Notes under the pieces: generated by a model
Seen by the model: the letters and a program-made list of their open reading frames with translations, nothing else
Databases searched by the model: none
Told to the model about the DNA's origin: nothing
NCBI GenBank assembly: GCA_950097015.1
Contig: CATNEN010000005.1
Location: forward strand, 5,890,001-5,954,000
Direction of reading: 5' to 3'
Source: Macrostomum hystrix
Taxonomy: Eukaryota; Animalia; Platyhelminthes
Length of the DNA: 64,000 bases
Program-made: the position numbers and the translations under genes
Shown: positions 58,101 to 64,000 of the stretch, piece after piece
Layout: each line of letters opens with the position of its first letter
Position numbering within the stretch: position 1 is the stretch's first letter

Positions 58101-61100
58101 GGAACTGAGAGGGATGAGAGTGAGGATCTGAGAAGGATGAGAGTGAGGAACTGAGAGGGATGAGAGGGAGCAACTGAGAAGGATGAGAGTGAGGAACTGA
58201 GAAGGATGAGATTGAGGAACTGAGAGGGATGAGAGTGAGGAACTGAGAGGGATGAGAGTGAGGAACTGAGAGGGATGAGAGTGAGGAACTGAGAAGGATG
58301 AGAGTGAGCAACTGAGAGGGATGAGAGTGAGGAACTGAGAGGGATGAGAGTGAGCAACTGAGAAGGATGAGAATGAGGAACTGAGAAGGATGAGAGTGAG
58401 GAACTGAGAGGATGAGAGTGAGGAACTGAGAGGGATGAGAGTGAGGAACTGATAAGGATGAGAGTGAGGAACTGAGAGGGATGAGAGTGAGGAACTAAGA
58501 GGGATGAGAGTGAGGATCTGAGAGGGATGAGAGTGAGGAACTGAGAAGGATGAGAGTGAGGAACAGAGAGGGATGAGAGTGAGGAACTGAGAGGGATGAG
58601 AGTGAGGAACTGAGAAGGATGAGAGTGAGGAACTGAGAGGGATGAGAGTGAGCAACTGAGAAGGATGAGAGTGAGGAACTGAGAGGGATGAGAGTGAGGA
58701 ACTGAGAGGGATGAGAGTGAGGAACTGAGAGGGATGAGAGTGAGGATCTGAGAGGGATGAGAGTGAGCAACTGAGAGGGATGAGAGTGAGGAACTGAGAG
58801 GGATGAGAGTGAGCAACTGAGAAGGATGAGAATGAGGAACTGAGAAGGATGAGAGTGAGGAACTGAGAGGATGAGAGTGAGGAACTGAGAGGGATGAGAG
58901 TGAGGAACTGAGAAGGATGAGAGTGAGGAACTGAGAGGGATGAGAGTGAGGAACTGAGAGGGATGAGAGTGAGGATCTGAGAGGGATGAGAGTGAGCAAC
59001 TGAGAGGGATGAGAGTGAGCAACTGAGAGGATGAGAGTGAGGAACTGAGAGGGATGAGAGTGAGGAACTGAGAAGGATGAGAGTGAGGAACTGAGAGGGA
59101 TGAGAGTGAGGATCTGAGAGGGATGAGAGTGAGGAACTGAGAAGGATGAGAGTGAGGAACAGAGAGGGATGAGAGTGAGGAACTGAGAGGGATGAGAGTG
59201 AGGATCTGAGAGGGATGAGAGTGAGCAACTGAGAGGGATGAGAGGGAGCAACTGAGAAGGATGAGAGTGAGGAACTGAGAGGGATGAGAGTGAGGAACTG
59301 AGAGGGATGAGAGTGAGGAACTCAGAGGGATGAGAGTGAGGAACTCAGAGGGATGAGAGTGAGGAACTCAGAGGGATGAGAGTGAGGAACTGAGAGGGAT
59401 GAGAGTAAGGAACTGAGAGGGATTAGAGTAAGGAACTCAGAGGGATGAGAGTGAGGAACTGAGAGGGATGAGAGTGAGGAACTCAGAGGGATGAGAGTGA
59501 GGAACTGAGAGGGATGAGAGTGAGGAACTGAGAGGATGAGAGTGAGGAACTGAGAGGGATGAGAGTGAGGAACTGAGAGGGATGAGAGTGAGGAACTGAG
59601 AGGGATGAGAGTGAGGAACTGAGAGGGATGAGAGTGAGGAACTGAGAGGGATGAGAGTGAGGATCTGAGAAGGATGAGAGTGAGGAACTGAGAGGGATGA
59701 GAGTGAGGAACTGAGAGGGATGAGAGTGAGGAACTGAGAAGGATGAGATTGAGGAACTGAGAGGGATGAGAGTGAGGAACTGAGAGGGATGAGAGTGAGG
59801 AACTGAGAGGGATGAGAGTGAGGAACTGAGAAGGATGAGAGTGAGCAACTGAGAGGGATGAGAGTGAGGAACTGAGAGGGATGAGAGTGAGCAACTGAGA
59901 AGGATGAGAGTGAGGAACTGAGAAGGATGAGAGTGAGGAACTGAGAGGATGAGAGTGAGGAACTGAGAGGGATGAGAGTGAGGAACTGAGAAGGATGAGA
60001 GTGAGGAACTGAGAGGGATGAGAGTGAGGATCTGAGAAGGATGAGAGTGAGGAACTGAGAGGGATGAGAGTGAGGAACTGAGAGGGATGAGAGGGAGCAA
60101 CTGAGAAGGATGAGATTGAGGAACTGAGAGGGATGAGAGTGAGGAACTGAGAGGGATGAGAGTGAGGAACTGAGAGGGATGAGAGTGAGGAACTGAGAAG
60201 GATGAGAGTGAGCAACTGAGAGGGATGAGAGTGAGGAACTGAGAGGGATGAGAGTGAGGAACTGAGAGGGATGAGAGTGAGGAACTGAGAGGATGAGAGT
60301 GAGGAACTGAGAGGGATGAGAGTGAGGAACTGAGAGGGATGAGAGTGAGGAACTGAGAAGGATGAGAGTGAGGAACAGAGAGGGATGAGAGTGAGGAACT
60401 GAGAGGGATGAGAGTGAGGAACTGAGAAGGATGAGAGTGAGGAACTGAGAGGGATGAGAGGGAGCAACTGAGAAGGATGAGAGTGAGGAACTGAGAGGGA
60501 TGAGAGTGAGGAACTGAGAGGGATGAGAGTGAGGAACTCAGAGGGATGAGAGTGAGGAACTCAGAGGGATGAGAGTGAGGAACTCAGAGGGATGAGAGTG
60601 AGGAACTGAGAGGGATGAGAGTAAGGAACTGAGAGGGATTAGAGTAAGGAACTCAGAGGGATGAGAGTGAGGAACTGAGAGGGATGAGAGTGAGGAACTC
60701 AGAGGGATGAGAGTGAGGAACTGAGAGGGATGAGAGTGAGGAACTGAGAGGATGAGAGTGAGGAACTGAGAAGGATGAGAGTGAGGAACAGAGAGGGATG
60801 AGAGTGAGGAACTGAGAGGGATGAGAGTGAGGAACTGAGAAGGATGAGAGTGAGGAACTGAGAGGGATGAGAGGGAGCAACTGAGAAGGATGAGAGTGAG
60901 GAACTGAGAGGGATGAGAGTGAGGAACTGAGAGGGATGAGAGTGAGGAACTCAGAGGGATGAGAGTGAGGAACTCAGAGGGATGAGAGTGAGGAACTGAG
61001 AGGGATGAGAGTAAGGAACTGAGAGGGATTAGAGTAAGGAACTCAGAGGGATGAGAGTGAGGAACTGAGAGGGATGAGAGTGAGGAACTGAGAGGGATGA

Positions 61101-64000
61101 GAGTGAGGAACTGAGAGGGATGAGAGTGAGGAACTGAGAGGGATGAGAGTGAGGAACTGAGAGGGATGAGAGTGAGGAACTGAGAGGGATGAGAGTGAGG
61201 AACTGAGAGGGATGAGAGTGAGGATCTGAGAAGGATGAGAGTGAGGAACTGAGAGGGATGAGAGTGAGGAACTGAGAGGGATGAGAGTGAGGAACTGAGA
61301 AGGATGAGATTGAGGAACTGAGAGGGATGAGAGTGAGGAACTGAGAGGGATGAGAGTGAGGAACTGAGAGGGATGAGAGTGAGGAACTGAGAAGGATGAG
61401 AGTGAGCAACTGAGAGGGATGAGAGTGAGGAACTGAGAGGGATGAGAGTGAGCAACTGAGAAGGATGAGAATGAGGAACTGAGAAGGATGAGAGTGAGGA
61501 ACTGAGAGGATGAGAGTGAGGAACTGAGAGGGATGAGAGTGAGGAACTGAGAAGGATGAGAGTGAGGAACTGAGAGGGATGAGAGTGAGGAACTGAGAGG
61601 GATGAGAGTGAGGATCTGAGAGGGATGAGAGTGAGGAACTGAGAAGGATGAGAGTGAGGAACAGAGAGGGATGAGAGTGAGGAACTGAGAGGGATGAGAG
61701 TGAGGAACTGAGAAGGATGAGAGTGAGGAACTGAGAGGGATGAGAGTGAGCAACTGAGAAGGATGAGAGTGAGGAACTGAGAGGGATGAGAGTGAGGAAC
61801 TGAGAGGGATGAGAGTGAGGAACTGAGAGGGATGAGAGTGAGGATCTGAGAGGGATGAGAGTGAGCAACTGAGAGGGATGAGAGTGAGCAACTGAGAGGA
61901 TGAGAGTGAGCAACTGAGAGGGATGAGAGTGAGCAACTGAGAGGGATGAGAGTGAGCAACTGAGAGGATGAGAGTGAGCAACTGAGAGGGATGAGAGTGA
62001 GCAACTGAGAGGGATGAGAGTGAGCAACTGAGAGGATGAGAGTGAGGAACTGAGAGGGATGAGAGTGAGGAACTGAGAAGGATGAGAGTGAGGAACTGAG
62101 AGGGATGAGAGTGAGGATCTGAGAGGGATGAGAGTGAGGAACTGAGAAGGATGAGAGTGAGGAACAGAGAGGGATGAGAGTGAGGAACTGAGAGGGATGA
62201 GAGTGAGGAACTGAGAAGGATGAGAGTGAGGAACTGAGAGGGATGAGAGGGAGCAACTGAGAAGGATGAGAGTGAGGAACTGAGAGGGATGAGAGTGAGG
62301 AACTGAGAGGGATGAGAGTGAGGAACTCAGAGGGATGAGAGTGAGGAACTCAGAGGGATGAGAGTGAGGAACTGAGAGGGATGAGAGTAAGGAACTGAGA
62401 GGGATTAGAGTAAGGAACTCAGAGGGATGAGAGTGAGGAACTGAGAGGGATGAGAGTGAGGAACTGAGAGGGATGAGAGTGAGGAACTGAGAGGGATGAG
62501 AGTGAGGAACTGAGAGGGATGAGAGTGAGGAACTGAGAGGGATGAGAGTGAGGATCTGAGAAGGATGAGAGTGAGGAACTGAGAGGGATGAGAGTGAGGA
62601 ACTGAGAGGGATGAGAGTGAGGAACTGAGAAGGATGAGATTGAGGAACTGAGAGGGATGAGAGTGAGGAACTGAGAGGGATGAGAGTGAGGAACTGAGAG
62701 GGATGAGAGTGAGGAACTGAGAAGGATGAGAGTGAGCAACTGAGAGGGATGAGAGTGAGGAACTGAGAGGGATGAGAGTGAGGAACTGAGAGGGATGAGA
62801 GTGAGGAACTGAGAAGGATGAGAGTGAGCAACTGAGAGGGATGAGAGTGAGGAACTGAGAGGGATGAGAGTGAGCAACTGAGAAGGATGAGAATGAGGAA
62901 CTGAGAAGGATGAGAGTGAGGAACTGAGAGGATGAGAGTGAGGAACTGAGAGGGATGAGAGTGAGGAACTGAGAAGGATGAGAGTGAGGAACTGAGAGGG
63001 ATGAGAGTGAGGAACTGAGAGGGATGAGAGTGAGGATCTGAGAGGGATGAGAGTGAGGAACTGAGAAGGATGAGAGTGAGGAACAGAGAGGGATGAGAGT
63101 GAGGAACTGAGAGGGATGAGAGTGAGGAACTGAGAAGGATGAGAGTGAGGAACTGAGAGGGATGAGAGTGAGCAACTGAGAAGGATGAGAGTGAGGAACT
63201 GAGAGGGATGAGAGTGAGGAACTGAGAGGGATGAGAGTGAGGAACTGAGAGGGATGAGAGTGAGGATCTGAGAGGGATGAGAGTGAGCAACTGAGAGGGA
63301 TGAGAGTGAGCAACTGAGAGGATGAGAGTGAGCAACTGAGAGGGATGAGAGTGAGCAACTGAGAGGGATGAGAGTGAGCAACTGAGAGGATGAGAGTGAG
63401 CAACTGAGAGGGATGAGAGTGAGCAACTGAGAGGGATGAGAGTGAGCAACTGAGAGGATGAGAGTGAGGAACTGAGAGGGATGAGAGTGAGGAACTGAGA
63501 AGGATGAGAGTGAGGAACTGAGAGGGATGAGAGTGAGGATCTGAGAGGGATGAGAGTGAGGAACTGAGAAGGATGAGAGTGAGGAACAGAGAGGGATGAG
63601 AGTGAGGAACTGAGAGGGATGAGAGTGAGGAACTGAGAAGGATGAGAGTGAGGAACTGAGAGGGATGAGAGGGAGCAACTGAGAAGGATGAGAGTGAGGA
63701 ACTGAGAGGGATGAGAGTGAGGAACTGAGAGGGATGAGAGTGAGGAACTCAGAGGGATGAGAGTGAGGAACTCAGAGGGATGAGAGTGAGGAACTCAGAG
63801 GGATGAGAGTGAGGAACTGAGAGGGATGAGAGTAAGGAACTGAGAGGGATTAGAGTAAGGAACTCAGAGGGATGAGAGTGAGGAACTGAGAGGGATGAGA
63901 GTGAGGAACTCAGAGGGATGAGAGTGAGGAACTGAGAGGGATGAGAGTGAGGAACTGAGAGGATGAGAGTGAGGAACTGAGAGGGATGAGAGTGAGGAAC
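55124..64000. repeat. 22-23-bp purine-rich satellite GAGAGTGAGGAACTGAGAG(G)GAT, about 390 copies, continues past the window end
   Basis: Direct reading; source of the SLSSLSVPHSHP ORFs. Confidence 0.98.

Noticed and set aside
53512-63678. Very long ORFs (up to 1591 aa; SLSSLSVPHSHP, HRLSPQSTDYP)
   Set aside because: They are translations of stop-poor satellite DNA, open in all three minus frames, with units not multiples of 3 and no domain-like sequence.

Overview
Eukaryotic (animal) genomic DNA. GC-rich exons, repeat-filled AT-rich introns and mostly GTGAGT donors suggest a Macrostomum-like flatworm, which is inference only. A minus-strand axonemal inner-arm dynein heavy chain of the DNAH14/DNAH6 class, most like DNAH14, dominates the window. 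I traced 27 GT-AG exons by hand (46773 to 591, 13,587 nt, about 4,529 codons). Every junction is phase-consistent, but the exon 1/2 junction has alternative solutions, and the gene continues past position 1. The 9.4-kb intron 4 holds an antisense two-exon class A GPCR (34274-36408, +) and a frameshifted Ty3/Gypsy gag relic. About 45% of the window is tandem repeat: 14 of 26 dynein introns carry their own minisatellite, and 53-64 kb is two abutting satellites. There are two tRNA-derived SINE families (one CORE-like, several copies with TSDs) and a Buster-type hAT MITE with a perfect 8-bp TSD. The most intriguing signal is regulatory. Upstream of the dynein lies a duplicated module carrying a canonical RFX X-box next to a forkhead (FoxJ1-type) motif, and each copy is followed by a tandem array of X-box-like 20-mers (4 and 20 copies). 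Intron 3 is almost entirely about 80 tandem NF-Y CCAAT boxes. The long ORFs over the repeats are artefacts. No CRISPR array, rRNA or convincing tRNA gene was found.
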